Below are positions 35,654 through 48,446 of a DNA stretch of 48,446 nt, in pieces; the first letter of the stretch is position 1, and the number at the start of each line of letters is the position of its first letter. Under the pieces are notes generated by a model. The model was not told the origin of the DNA, did not search any database, and saw nothing but the letters and a program-made list of their open reading frames with translations. The position numbers and the translations under genes were made by a program. Origin of the DNA: Calcarisporiella thermophila CBS 279.70 (taxonomy: Eukaryota; Fungi; Calcarisporiellomycota); contig NW_027192213.1 of the NCBI RefSeq assembly GCF_041956535.1, forward strand, positions 1 to 48,446. The letters are read 5' to 3'.

Positions 35654-37296
35654 TCATGCTAATAGCTCTTTCCCCCAAGTGCGTAGAGCATTTTTGCACT
35701 GCTTTTCTAGGTGACGGGTACGCGGTGTGCCCCACAATCCAAGTGCATAGAGGCGAAGAGCATGGTGCATGCATAGCTCAGGGAAATACTGCTGGTAGAG
35801 CCGCTCATCCAAGGTAACCTGATTTAAACCAATATAACCCGTTAATTCAACCCAATAAGGCGGCCCACTATTGTTCCATTCTGCTTTCTTACTTTAATGG
35901 GTAAATCGCCTATTTGCGCAATATCAAACAAGAGCCGACTGCTTTGGGAACCTTGCAGTACAAAATCAAAGGGTAGGACCCAGAATTCCGAACCGCTCAG
36001 ATATGCACCATATAAACAAGATGCCCGCTGGTCATGGAACCGTTCCGGACACCTATTAAACAAGGCATTCAGAGAAACAATATATCACTCGCAGAAAACT
36101 TGGATGGATTACCAATGAGGCAGACTCTTTACCATCACCACGTTTGCTTCAAAGTGCATGTCCAGCTGTTCAATTGGGTACAAGTCGGTGGAAGATTTCC
36201 AGCGCCCAAAATCGGTGGGCCCTTTACCCGGCTTCCACCTTAGATCATTCATTGCGAGCTGGCCCTTCCGAACTAGACGTAATACCGCGGTTTTGGTCGT
36301 TGGCACTTCGCGGGTTGTAGCATTCTTGCTATAGGAAAAAGTCGGTAGAACAAACACATCTCCCGCGCGAAGCAAGGGGTGATAATACTTTGCACCCTGC
36401 CGGAAGGTCGCCCTGAAGTCCGTCAGTGGCCATGTGTTGTGCTCAAACTGTGCGACAAACTCGGTGCGTGCAAAAAACCGCGCAATGTTGCGCCGCAAGT
36501 TAAGAGCAGTAGGAAACTTTTTCCCTCTCGCCTCGTCTATCAGCAAGTGGATATCCACATGCTTTCGCATGGCGATATTGGTGCGATGCAGGTTTTTCAA
36601 GTGGTACAATTGCATTTTTGTGGCTTCACTCTTGTCACCTAGGTGTACTAGGGCGGAAATTGGCCCTGGCCAGTTGTTGGCAAAGCGCACGAGGCTATCC
36701 ACCTGGCGTATATCGACCACGAGTGCAATAGAGACATCGTCACTTTCCGGGGTTATCTCACCGCGGATATAAAATGGTTCCATGCTGCGCAAGGGGGGTA
36801 ATGCTTTGGAAAACAGCTTGGAGAAACGATATGAATTGGACATGTTACTAAGAAGCGAGTAGGGCTCCCATGGATCATATACACGTTGCAGTTGATATGC
36901 ACTTTTATGCGAGCGTAAAAGATAATCCGGCCATGGCTTTGTGAAGAGATGAAATGTGGTAAGGAAAAAAGACAGAATAGCGTATGTAATGAAGAGAACC
37001 CGGAAGCACCAAGAGCGCAGGATACGCAATAATAGATCGTTTTCACCGGGTACCATGGCGGCACTACTGTTAGGAGATGGAAGAGAATAATGGTCACGAC
37101 TGGCTATTTGGCTAATATCCGGGCGCAACCACCGAAGCAAAGCAAAACTTGAGGTACGACGAAGTTTAACTTCTGTAGGAGAGCGACTAAGCGTACCCAG
37201 CGCAGTTGGAGCCATTAGTTCTTTGCTAGAGGGATGGACAGGAAAACGGTTGCTGCAACTGGACCTAGATTTATCATTGGGCGCAATTTTTTCCAT
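35654..37296 (-). CDS. Type II membrane glycosyltransferase, GT49 (LARGE/B4GAT1-like) family, divergent
   Basis: N-terminal TM segment; NWPGPISALVH; VDIHL; LNLRRNIARFFARTEFV; VFVLPTF; PHWCPERF; LYGAYLSGSEFWVLP. Confidence 0.75.
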
Positions 37297-37655
37297 GGGT
37301 GGCGCCAGTTAAAAAAAAAAAATAATAGAAGCAAGGAATTTAAATAAGAGGATGAAGGGTATATACAAAACTTTGATATATATTAAGGTTGTAATAGTTA
37401 TAAAAATCCCTGGGAGATTAAGTCAAGCATTACTATTTCAGTTCAATGTTTCTTAAAATAGAGAAACGCGAAAGGCAATTGGAATTACGAGGCCGAGCCT
37501 TTTTCCGAGAGAGAATTAATTTACCTTTACACAACAAATATCCCACCGGGATACTTGGACATAACTATTTTGCGAAAGGATAGGTGAATTGGATCTATAT
37601 TACTATAGAGGAAGAGCACTCCAGAATCAAAACAAATTTTTTCAGAAATAAAAAA

Positions 37656-39101
37656 ATGGTCGTCGAGCTCAAGATCAAGCGTCCAGCCAAACCTGAGCGA
37701 AGCGCATCTGAAACGACAAAGATCAAAATCAAGCTTAATAAGGGGACCGGATCCGCCGTGGCGGAAGCTAGTAGCGATGTATCCGATGGCGAAGAGGCGG
37801 ATGTTGCGATTGAGGAGCAATTTATCTTAAGATTACCACCGGGAGATATGTGTACTCAGTTGCGAGAGATGGTGCGAAAAAGAGAAGTTCCTGAGGACGT
37901 TTCTTTTACTTTTCATGGTGAGCGCTCAGTTGGATTGGAAAAGAAGAGAGAGCATCCAGTATGAGCTGATCATGGATTCACGATTAAATAGATAGCAGAA
38001 GAGCCACCTGGAATTTTCGTGGGCAGAAATATAATGCAAAATTGGTGGATTTACCATGCATTATAGAAGCGCAAAAAACAATTGATAACAAGCAGTTTTA
38101 CAAGACAGCAGATATATGCCAAGTAATACTCTTGTTCATTTTCAGAACTTTCTCATTCTGACCTTTTTCATATATACTCCCTATTAGATGCTGATCGTTG
38201 ATGAACCACAGACATCAGAGTCCATTCACCAGATTCAATCAACCAAGATCAACCACGATGATTATATCTGGCCGCACGGTATTACCCCACCTCTAAAGCA
38301 TGTGCGAAAACGACGGTTTCGAAAACGCCTATCAAAGAGGGTAAGTAGCCGCATACTGGATTGATTGTACAAGAAGGATAGTGGCCAACTTCACTCCGCC
38401 TCATACAGGTCATTGAGGATGTTGAGCAGGAAGTGGAGCGGTTGCTCCGTTTGGATGGCGAAGCCGAAGAGGTTGTCTATGAGATCCAGGACCAGCGCGA
38501 CCTGCCTTCTGACTCGGAGGTCGGTACTGATCTCGGCACCCCTGCTCCTTCAGAAATGATGCCCACGCTTGGAGATGTGGATATGGACACTGGTCATGAG
38601 GATGAGGATGGCGAAGAGGAAAGTGATGCCGAGCTGGATGCCGCCATTGACAAAGGATTTGAGGAACTTGATGAGGAGGATGACGATGATTCGAGCGATT
38701 CGAGCGAGGAGGAAGACGAAGAAGAAGGGTTGGAAGAAGATGGTAGGCTCGAACCCCCTGAGTATCTCACATGAGGATGTACTTACCTTTATCCGCCTAA
38801 TAGACGGCGATTCACACGAGCTTGCCCAGCAGAGGAAGATGGTGGAATCTGAGCTGACTGAGCTCGAGGCAACTATCCGTAAAAAGCGAGCCGATCTTGA
38901 ATCAGCCTCGAACCCAATCCTGCGGGTAAGAAACTTTGCTCGATCTATCCTTTTTACACTATGATTCATTTCTCCATGGTTGTATCATCTTAGAAACGAT
39001 TCCAAGATATTGTCGACAACCTCAACAACATGCTGCAGCTGAAGAAGTCGCAACTCGAAGACCTGAGGCAAAAAATTGCAGCGAAACGTCAGCAAGAATA
39101 A
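37656..39101 (+). CDS. TAF7: TFIID subunit 7 (TAFII55 N-terminal domain), multi-exon
   Basis: [60 protein letters not shown]; acidic region; NPILRKRF. Confidence 0.95.
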
Positions 39102-39442
39102 GTGTATTCACATTCTCGTACGTTACCCTAAAGCCCTCCCCCTCTCTCCTGTACATTAACCCCCCCCCCCCTCCAATCGCATTGCCCGTTAAGAAATATA
39201 TATTTTCAGGTTTATTACAAGACTTCAGGCAACTCTACACAACATTTAAACAGTGTGTTTTTGTAAAATAATAATAAAAAAATTAAATAATAATAATTAC
39301 ACTCGTGGAATGGATTGAATCGAATAGTATCATCATGGTAGGGATACATAAGTGAGATATACAAGTTGAATGAAACTAGGGTAAAAGGGGGAAGGGGAAC
39401 AAGATTGAGTGATTAAGAAAAAAAGAGAGGATCCACCCAGAA

Positions 39443-41309
39443 TTAGAGATCGTGAATTAGTGTGCCGGTATTTTCATATTCTGCCGCTAGGGTGAGTCGT
39501 CTTGTTCGCCTTCTCCCCAACGCGAGAGCGGCTCTAGCTTCCGCTTCGCTTCCATTCGTCTCTCCCGTGGTGCTTCTACTCGGCTCCCTGCGAATTGCTT
39601 CCACTGCTTCTCCAGTTGCTATTGGGAGATGGGAAACATTGTTTTCGATGTCCTCTTTTTCGCCTACCTCTCCATCCACTCCAGGGGCCACGTGTTTTCT
39701 CTCCGTTCCCAGTTCATCCACCTCCTCTACTTGCGCTGGCTTCCCATTCCCTTCCACTCCGATCTCATTAGCAGGCTCCACCCTCACCGAATCTGCAATA
39801 ATATCTTCCATCCCATCGTCATAATGGCTAGCGTCAAGATGACCCTCTGTTTTCCGTTTGGGTGGTATGATCTCGTGGTGAGATGGCAAAGAGGCGAGCT
39901 GATTCTGCTCTCTTGAATGACCAGAAAGAGATGGGTTTATATTCTCCTTGCCCTTGGGCGGCATTAAAAACGTGCGGACAAACCAGACCCGTGCCTTGTA
40001 AAACTTGATCTCTTTTTCAACTGCACCCTTGTTGCCAGAGTAACGTTCAACAAGGTCACGCCGAATTTTGGAAAAGGCATTTGCCACAGCAGGATCAACG
40101 AGGAAGGCGATACAATTGAAGACGCCGGGGAGATCCGTGCCGGCATTGCCGAAGACAGAAAGCACTTGGTTGAATTGGCCGGTTGCATGGATATAGATTT
40201 CGCCTGAAAGATGCAAGGAAAAAAAAAATAAACGGATTAGGCGTTTTTTCTCATCCTCGACAAAAGACATTCAATCCCACATACTTGCAACGAGCAGAGA
40301 CTGGGTAACAAGAGGAATCAGGGGGTATAATACAATTCTAGCAAGTACGCGGTTGACAGCAAGTCGAGTGCGATGTTGGAATGGCAGGATGTCGTCCGAG
40401 GCTTGGATGTGTTTGTTCAACTCACGGTTATCGCGCCAAATCTTCAGCACAACAAAGGCGACCACCACCGTACAGTAGAGGATGGAAAAGAGACTGGGAA
40501 CGAGGAAGGTAAACTGAAATAAACAATAGGGCAAGGTCAGGTCGACAGAATTGCTTGCGGGGGTGTCTAGTAGGCATACGTTACCCATTGCCAAAGCTTC
40601 GATGTAGGTGTCCAGCTGTCCACGTACCAACATGTTCCCTGCGCTCGGTCAAATCCAAAATTGCCGGTCAAATAGGGTGGAAGGGTGATGGCAAGCGACA
40701 GTAAAAGGCTCCCAAGGAAGTAGAGTCCCCTTTCCATCCAGCGATGGAGAGGACGCTGCAAGAGAATAATCCACTGCAGATTGAATGCGATGGCGACATT
40801 AAGTAAGAGGTATAATATGGTGAGCCATGTGATAAACCAGACCGAAAATCCGCACCACCATCCAGCTATAAACATTAGAACATTAGCGAAACTGCGAAAA
40901 TGAGATGGGTTGCAAGCATGGTCCAACGCAACATACAGGAATTGTCGGCAAATGTATATGAATAAATGAGGGCCGCCTTGATTATGTCGATGGCGGAGAT
41001 GGCGAAGTTCAGACGTAAACTCACACGATTTACAAGCCGGAAATCATAGATCCATAAGAAAAAGGTGATGAGCACCACTATGAGTCCGCCGATGATCGAG
41101 AAGATGTTGAGATAGACTAAAGGAATGCAACACGTCAGTTAGCTTCTGTGGTTGTTTTGACTCGCAAGTGACATTGCCCACGGGACACAAAAGCCACACA
41201 TACCATTGAATTGGACGGTGAGATAGTTGATGAGTGGATCCGAAATGCCGTAGTCGGGAATGCCCTCTTCGGTTGGAGATTCACCAAAACGCGGGATCAG
41301 AACAGGCAT
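39443..41309 (-). CDS. 7-TM G-protein-coupled-receptor-like protein (Git3/cAMP-receptor-like), paralog 1
   Basis: Multiple TM exons; LVNRVSLRL; IAFNLQ; extracellular-loop CW; RIVLYPLIPL; GVFNCIAFLVDPAV; long polar C-tail. Confidence 0.8.
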
Positions 41310-42047
41310 GATGAGCAAATCTCTCGAACCATCAAAACAATGCCCAGATTGCACACAGAAGAGGAGCAGAGTGTTAAGGTTAGGGGATGCTTTCGAATCG
41401 GTAGAATGATCTGGCTTTTCGACCCCGACCGTGACGGACACAGACTCAAAATCTGAAACAGGCTTACAAAGGGAAATGATGTATGCGAGGTTAGGGGACT
41501 TGAGCTGCGCGCTCGGAAACCTAACCTAGGGGCCATTTTCCAAACCTCCTCTGTTTCGTTCCCGATGTCTTAGAGTGCTGGCCGCTAAATTGGCATCGGC
41601 ACCAACGAGGCAGGGCCGGCCACGGAGATTGAAGAGGAGCGCTAAAAGTCGACAAACTATCTTCGATCTTGGCCCTCTGCTAACGTCCCGTAGTACAGTA
41701 GCAGCTCTGCTCGGCATTTCCTTTTGGGTTTGCGGCCCAAACTGTGGTTCAAGTAGCACCATGTGTATGGCGTAGTGAGGAGTGAGTTGGTACGTCGGCA
41801 AACCCAGCCGCCGCGTTTTTGATTAGGGCGGCCCGATTTGTCTCCGCACTGAAAGTACCTCGTTTGCCCCCAATATATATAGAAAGCGCAGTAGGAAAAA
41901 AGGTTTCGTTGGATTTTCTCACCGTCGCTAACCCCCTCGTTCTCGGCCCAACCGTCTCCTTCCCCTGGTTTCTCTTTCTCCCGCATTCCCCCTTCCTTCT
42001 CCTCGCACCGTCTACCATCCCTACACTTTCGTTTCCTCCTCCAAGCC

Positions 42048-43652
42048 ATGCGCGTCGCCAAGTTTATCCTGCTGACGCTCGCCGCCGTTTCGGCCGCGGC
42101 CGCCCAAGCTCAGCCTGAGCAAGAATCAACAAAAGCGGCCGGCTCGTTTGACTTCTTTGAGGCCAGCATCTCGGATCTGCAGAAGGCCCTCGACAGCAAG
42201 GTGATTACCTCGATGCAGCTGGTGGATTACTACTATCGTCGCATCCGAAAGTACGACAGGAAGTACCACTCTATCTCGGATGTCAACCCGAATCTGTACA
42301 GAATCGCCAGGCAGCTTGATGAAGAGCGCAGGGTAAAGGGCCCTCGTGGACCTCTGCATGGAATTCCCATTCTGTTGAAGGACAACATCGCCACCGGCGA
42401 TGGCATGCACAACACGGCGGGCTCCCTTGCGCTTTTCGACAACCGTTGCTTGCCGAAGCGCGACTCTGCTATTGCCGAGCGCCTCCGTAAAGCCGGAGCC
42501 ATCATCCTCGGTAAGGCCTGCTTGAGCGAGTGGGCCAATTTCCGTACGTTGGACGGAAGCAAAGCCCGCTACGGCGACCCGGACGGCTGGAGTGGACGCT
42601 GTGGGCAGGTGGCCAATGCCTACAATCTGGACGAATCGCCCAGTGGCTCGAGCTCCGGCTCCGCAGTAGCCGTGGCCGCCGACTTCGTCACCGTCTCGCT
42701 CGGAAGCGACACCGACGCCTCCATCGTCGCTCCGGCGTCGCGCAACGCCCTCGTCGGCCTTCGCCCTACCGTCGGCCTCACCCCCCGCGACTTGGTCATC
42801 CCCATCGCCCACTCCTTCGACACCGTTGGCCCCATGGCCAAATCCGTCGAGGATGCTGCGATCGTGATGGAAGTGATTGCCGGGTTCGACCGCCGCGACG
42901 TCCCCGCCAACCTCGACAAGCCCGATGGATTCAAGGTCCCCAAGTACACCAAGTTCCTCGACAAGAACGGGCTGAAGGGCGCCCGTATCGGCGTACCCCG
43001 CCATGTCTACTATGACCGGTACAATCGCCCCGAGGAGAAGGAGGTCGTTGAAAAGATGCTGAAGAAGCTGGAAGAGCTCGGCGCCACCATCGTGGACCCC
43101 GCCGACATTCCCACGGCAGACGAGCTGGCCGACATGGAGCCCTACGGCTTCGGGTACGAGCTCACCGCCTTCCTCCATGAATTCAAGCACGACGTCGCCG
43201 CCTATCTCTCCCAGCTCCCCGCCAAGTGCCCCATGAAGACCCTGAAGGACCTGATCAAATTCAACGAGGAGCACGCCAAACAGGAGATGCCGCTCTTCAA
43301 GCAGGAGATGTTCGAGGCTGCCCAGAACACCACGGGACTCGACGCGCCCGCGTACAAGGACTCCCTGAAGAAGGTGCGCGAGCTCGCCGGCAAGAAGGGC
43401 ATCGACGCCGTCATGGACAAGCTCAACCTCGACGCCCTGGTCCAACCCGTCGACTTGAAGCTGTTGCCCCCTCAGCCCTCGGCCGCCGCCGGCTACCCAA
43501 TGATCACCGTGCCGATCGGATTCGACGACAAGGGAGTTCCGTTCGCGCTAGGCTTTGTGGGACGCGCCTACTCAGAGCCCACCCTATTCAAGTTTGCCTA
43601 CGCATTCGAGCAGGCCACCAAGGCCCGCAAGCCTCCCAAGTTAAAGGCATAA
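42048..43652 (+). CDS. Secreted amidase-signature family enzyme, intronless
   Basis: Signal peptide; GPLHGIPILLKDN (catalytic Lys); GSSSGSAVAVAA; GSDTDASIVAPA; GLRPTVG; DTVGPM; GYPMITVP; EPTL..AYAFEQAT. Confidence 0.96.
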   Translation: MRVAKFILLTLAAVSAAAAQAQPEQESTKAAGSFDFFEASISDLQKALDSKVITSMQLVDYYYRRIRKYDRKYHSISDVNPNLYRIARQLDEERRVKGPRGPLHGIPILLKDNIATGDGMHNTAGSLALFDNRCLPKRDSAIAERLRKAGAIILGKACLSEWANFRTLDGSKARYGDPDGWSGRCGQVANAYNLDESPSGSSSGSAVAVAADFVTVSLGSDTDASIVAPASRNALVGLRPTVGLTPRDLVIPIAHSFDTVGPMAKSVEDAAIVMEVIAGFDRRDVPANLDKPDGFKVPKYTKFLDKNGLKGARIGVPRHVYYDRYNRPEEKEVVEKMLKKLEELGATIVDPADIPTADELADMEPYGFGYELTAFLHEFKHDVAAYLSQLPAKCPMKTLKDLIKFNEEHAKQEMPLFKQEMFEAAQNTTGLDAPAYKDSLKKVRELAGKKGIDAVMDKLNLDALVQPVDLKLLPPQPSAAAGYPMITVPIGFDDKGVPFALGFVGRAYSEPTLFKFAYAFEQATKARKPPKLKA

Positions 43653-43905
43653 TGCACATGCACCCCCTTCTTCGTTTAATTTAATTGTTTATATCCCTCT
43701 AGATATCTGTTGTTGTGGCTTAGGCTTGTTTGAGTCTTAATGTTTTATTAACATGTTCCTTCCTAATCTGATAATAGAGCAAGAAAGAACTATAAATAAT
43801 AATATACAAAAATAATATATCTTCTAAGGAGGGGAAATAAATAGAGTTAGTGAAGGGGGCGAGGGGGTGTGTACTATATCTACGATGAGAGGGAGGGGGA
43901 TTATT

Positions 43906-45769
43906 TTAGAGGTTGGAGATGAAGCTCTTCGCCTGCAAAGGGCGTTCATACTCGTCCTCATTGTCATACGAATAGTCGTGGGTGGCTAGGCGGGGGGCCT
44001 CCAAATCCACGCGGGGATGCATGGGGGAGGGGGTATAATCTTCGGGGTTGTCCGTTCGAAACGGGTGGAATACCGTGGACGGGGGTAACGGCTGAAGGGG
44101 GATGGGCTTGTCCTCCAACTTTTGCCACCGCTCATGCTTGGAAGAAAAGGAGTTCAATTGCGAGGAGTGGTAGGTGCCCGTGCCGGTAGCCGTGAAAGGT
44201 TGGGGCTGCTTTCTTCGGCCGCGAAGAATTACGCGCACAAACCACTTCATGAACTGCTCCCTAGTCGAGGTGGCGGGCCGGTTCGCATATCGCTCGATTA
44301 GGTCCCGGCGGATGCGGCCGAACGCATTGGCTACCGCGGGGTCGATGAGAAAAGCGATACAATTGAGAATGCCTGGAAGATCGGTTGCTAAAGCCACAAA
44401 GTTTTTTTTTGGAACATTAAATGATATGTCGGAAAGTTAAAAGTTGACAATAATGAAACACAAAGCAAGCCATTGTTAAAGTGAAACTCCATTTCAATGG
44501 CATGCCCTTGTTTGTGATTCTTACCTGCATTTCCGGCTAAGGAGAGTGGCTGGTTGATATCCACTCGAATCATGATATAGATTTCGCCTATTGTAACGAG
44601 GCCATCACGAGTCAGTATTCTTACTCCAGGCACTTAGGAAAGAGATGGCAAACGTCATAAGCACTTACTCGTGACAATAAGGGTCTGGGTAATAAAGGGG
44701 ATAAGTGGGTAGAGAACGATGCGCGCTAAGACCCTGTTGACTGCGAGTTGTGTGCGCCGTTGAAGCGAAGAGATGTGTTGAGGGATACTGTTAGCGCTGG
44801 ACGAGACGTTGCCGGTTGATCTTAAACTCTTGTTGAGCGCTCGATTGCCTTTGTATATCTTGGCAACGACAAAGCCGACCACCACATTGCAATAGATAAT
44901 GGTCAGAAGCGTGGGCATGACGAACGTGAACTACATTCAAACGGACCCATTCCATTGTCAATCCGCTGCAACGATATAGGCCAAATCCGGACAAGCATAT
45001 TTACCCATTCCCATATCTTTGACGTAGTGGTCCAACTATCGACAAACCAGCACGACCCCTGGGCCCTGTCGAACCCAAACCGCCCAGCAATGTAGGCTGG
45101 AAGAGTCACCGCAAGGGACGCCAGAAACGTTCCCAAAAAATAAATGTACCTTTCCATCCAGGGATACAGTGGTTTTTCCGAAAGAATGATCCACTGTAGA
45201 TTGAAAGCGATAGCGGCGCTGAGAAAAAGATACCAGATGGTCAACTGAGTGATGAACCATACGGAGAAACCACACCACCACCCGGCTAAGAAAACAAAAG
45301 CAAAAGCATTACGTCAGTGCTTCGATAGAAGAGGTGAGAGAAAGGGCAAAAGCTAAAAAGAACCAAAGACAACAACAAATAAAGAAGCTATGTTAGACTC
45401 GAGATAACTTACATGAACTATCTGCAAATGTGTATGAGAAAATGAGGGCGGCCTTGACTATATCGATGATCGATATGGCCAGGTTTAGCCGTAGACTCAC
45501 ACGGTTCACGAAGCGCCGGTCATAACACCAGAGGATAAAGGTAATAAGAACAACAATGCCTCCGCCGACAATTGAAAGTATGTTGAGATAGACTGTAGAA
45601 CAGAAAGCAAGTTAGTTTAAGGCATGAGGAAGGCCAATCAACACACGCTGAAAGAGGTTTAGACTTTACCGTTTGCCTTTACAGTTAGATCGTTTATTAA
45701 GGGGTCGGTGATTCCAAAGTTCGGCACGCCCTTGATATCCACTGTATCTCCAAAGCGCCTCTCCAACAT
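43906..45769 (-). CDS. 7-TM GPCR-like protein, paralog 2
   Basis: Colinear with paralog 1: RFG...FGITDPLIN, VNRVSLRL, IAFNLQWIIL, FGFDRAQG.CW, RTQLAVNRVLARIVLYPLIP, NCIAFLIDPAVANAF. Confidence 0.8.
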
Positions 45770-48446
45770 GGTATTAGAAAGTCCAAAGAGAAGAAGACAG
45801 GCGACGGAGAGAGCTGGGGAAGAAGATGGCAGAGGTAAAGAGCAGGAACAAAAGGGGCTACTCTATGTTAAGTAAAGGGTATCCGGGAAAGGGGATAAAA
45901 ATATCAAAGCGGCTATTTATTTGCTTTCGAGAGCGCTGACTCTTATTATTTTACTCGCTGGTCACAGACAGCAGTCAATCTGGTACAAAGAAAAATGAAA
46001 AATGAAAAATTGCGGGTTCGAGAAAAACCCGCTCGATTTAGCTTGTACCACCAGGAGCTCATGAGAGTCTCCCTGCGATCCCCAACCGTTTGTCACCTTG
46101 ATTGTTTCAGTGAAAATACAAATGGCCAGTTCGCCACGGCTGCTTTCAAACACCGGACAACCATTTTAAGTAGGGTTGATGCCCAAGGAAAGCTCGATAT
46201 ACCGGTGAAGGTGAGATAAGGCTTTGCGATATTCTCTGGTTATCATCAAGTAGTTGGATGCGGTCCCCTCCCTCTATGTCTATTCACTCACTATACCATA
46301 GACGCTTCTTCCTGAACAGAGCTGGGTGCTTAGACTAACTTAAGTTGGTTTATATCTGCCAAATCTGCTTCGCGCTTTCTGCTCTCGATACTCCGCCATT
46401 TCACGGCTCTCTTCCACCCTCGCGTTCTTTCTCGTCATTTTTTCAAACCATTCTTAAACACACTGACATGCTAGCCCCCACTGCTTTGCCCTAGCTTGTC
46501 CCGTCTCTTCAGGCGTTAGACTATGCGGCTTCACGTGAAGCTAACTCCTACACTACAAGGACTCTGTTTCTCCGCTAAGAGTCAGTGCGGACAATTCCTC
46601 AGTATGCCAAGCTAATTGAACTTTGCTATAAGGAGAAACAGTATTTTCCATGCTGCAACAGCCGTCTTTTCATTGTCATGTAGACCATAACAAGATAGTT
46701 ATATATATGTATCTTTGTAAATGTATTTTTTTTTTCTCTTTTTGAATTGATTCCTTTTCAAATGATATGAGGCGATAGGCCTGAAGATATCGCTCCTCTT
46801 CGGAGATTACCTTACTTTATCCTTCAACCCTCTAACTCTAAAGAACATCCAATGAAGTTCCTTTATCTATATTTTCAAATCTAACAATAGATATGCTAAA
46901 GAGGAAACTTTCTTACTCAAGAATGCACACTTCGAATTAGCGGAGAAATCGGGATGGGTGTACAAGAAAATAAGCATCCATGCAATCAGCTTCACCTCTT
47001 TTCGACCCGAGAATATAGATATAATAGTGGATCAGCGCCAGCCTAATGTGTTTGTGTAGCCCTCGGTTGTTGGGCCCAAGTTTTCGGCTATCTTGGGCGT
47101 TGGCTGGGTATGGAAAATTAACACTGCGCATTGGAAATTTGGGCTCCTACTTTTGTCCCAAGATTGGTTCCTTATGACTAGGGATCTACTTATCGTATAT
47201 TTCGCCTGACATTCTAAACTGATGCATACCACTTTTTTTAAAAAAAAAATATAAAATAAAAATACGCATTCGAGTGTCTTGAGCTAGCTGTTCTATGTAG
47301 AATAGCGGTGCATGTTTCAAGCGATAGATGTTTGAGTATCTAATTTTAGAATAAAAGAAAAGAATGTTCCCTGCCGAAAATAAGCATATTATGAAAGCTT
47401 GAGTACCTGACCCTTTTTGAATTCATTGCCTATTGATTGCCCCAGTTTTCAAATATATTCTCCCCTCAAACTGCCTATTTTCCATGTAGTAATACTCGGT
47501 CCAAACTCGCGGGTTTATAAACAAACATCGCTTGTTAAACAGACCCTTGAATGACAGTTCAAAAATTATGGATTGCGATAACAGTGAGTTACTAATTTTT
47601 TTTAGTTCTTCTCTTAAGTGACAGTTGGACCTGTGTGGGAGACATGTATACAGTCATGTATAAGGACTCGGGCAACAGGCCACTTTGAAATCCAGAACAG
47701 TGGGCGTAAAATAAAGAAACGTGGTACATAAAAAAGAAAGAAGAGAAGGGTAAAGAGACAGTAAAGTTGGTCTATAGATAGAGCTGCTGATAATACATCA
47801 TAAATATAACAGTATGTCTACTCGCGTGCGTCAAGTAGCACTATGCAGGGGAGAGGTTATCGGGTCGGCTTTTTGATTTACCCATGGCCGATTTAAATTA
47901 AAAGTGTACTATGGTTGAATTTTTAGAAAATAATTCCTGTTTTTCCGCATTTAATACAGCATGAAAATAGGCTATGTTTCATTACTCTACCCGCAAAACG
48001 TTTATTTCCCAGTATTACGTTTGGAAGGTACCAGGATCTGTATACTCTTGATACTTGGTGTGTCCTTGGTAGAACATACATTGCTTAATATGTATAAAGA
48101 GTAATGCCCATAGTGTAATAGGTGAATCCTTCTGCGTAACAACCACCCTTACTAACTACAAATTGCTAAATCTTCTTTAGGTATATATAGAGCATTACAT
48201 GAATATTTGCATAGATCTGATTTCACTTTCAATGTCACAGAAAAGGGCTTGAGAAGAAAATTCCATTTGCTAAATAAATGTTAGTTATTGGTATCTCTTC
48301 TTTTTGCTCTAATGTAATGCAACCGTCGGCTTTCAATAAAAATTTTAAAAGCATTTGCCCATATCAAAACAGCCTATTCTTGCTCAACAATGTTATCGCT
48401 CAAATGCCTAGATTTTTTAAATCATTTACGATGACGCCAACAAAGT

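Noticed and set aside
42126-43445. 439-aa antisense ORF (and other overlapping ORFs) over the amidase
   Set aside because: Expected shadow of strong GC3 codon bias; no recognisable motifs.

Overview
Intron-rich eukaryotic DNA, most likely from an early-diverging fungus (Mucoromycota/Zoopagomycota-like; inferred from a Mucor-type GPI chitin deacetylase, a heme-thiolate peroxidase, a Cu-only SOD and short GT-AG introns). It has one 563-N scaffold gap. Protein genes: a repeat-domain protein interrupted by a TA-flanked TIR element, a full-length ABCB/MDR transporter, a short UPO/heme-thiolate peroxidase, a small secreted protein, a Zn-dependent MDR dehydrogenase, a secreted Cu-only SOD, an HMT1-like ABC half transporter, a chitin deacetylase, a peroxisomal acyl-CoA oxidase, a GT49-like glycosyltransferase, TAF7, two paralogous 7TM receptors and an intronless GC-rich secreted amidase. 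There are two tRNA pairs (Tyr-GTA x2, Arg-ACG x2). The main observation is what looks like a position- and orientation-specific, tRNA-gene-targeted non-LTR retrotransposon system. Three independent poly(A)-tailed, tRNA-derived SINE insertions (two subfamilies, three unrelated TSDs) all sit head-to-head with a tRNA gene. Their inferred first-strand nicks are 65, 64 and 64 bp upstream of tRNA +1, and their 5' ends are 78, 81 and 81 bp upstream. An L1/Tx1-type LINE fragment has its 5' junction at the same ~-79 position, and a stack of LINE pieces next to the gap appears to reuse one site. This resembles Dictyostelium TRE5, but here it is in a fungus and includes SINEs.
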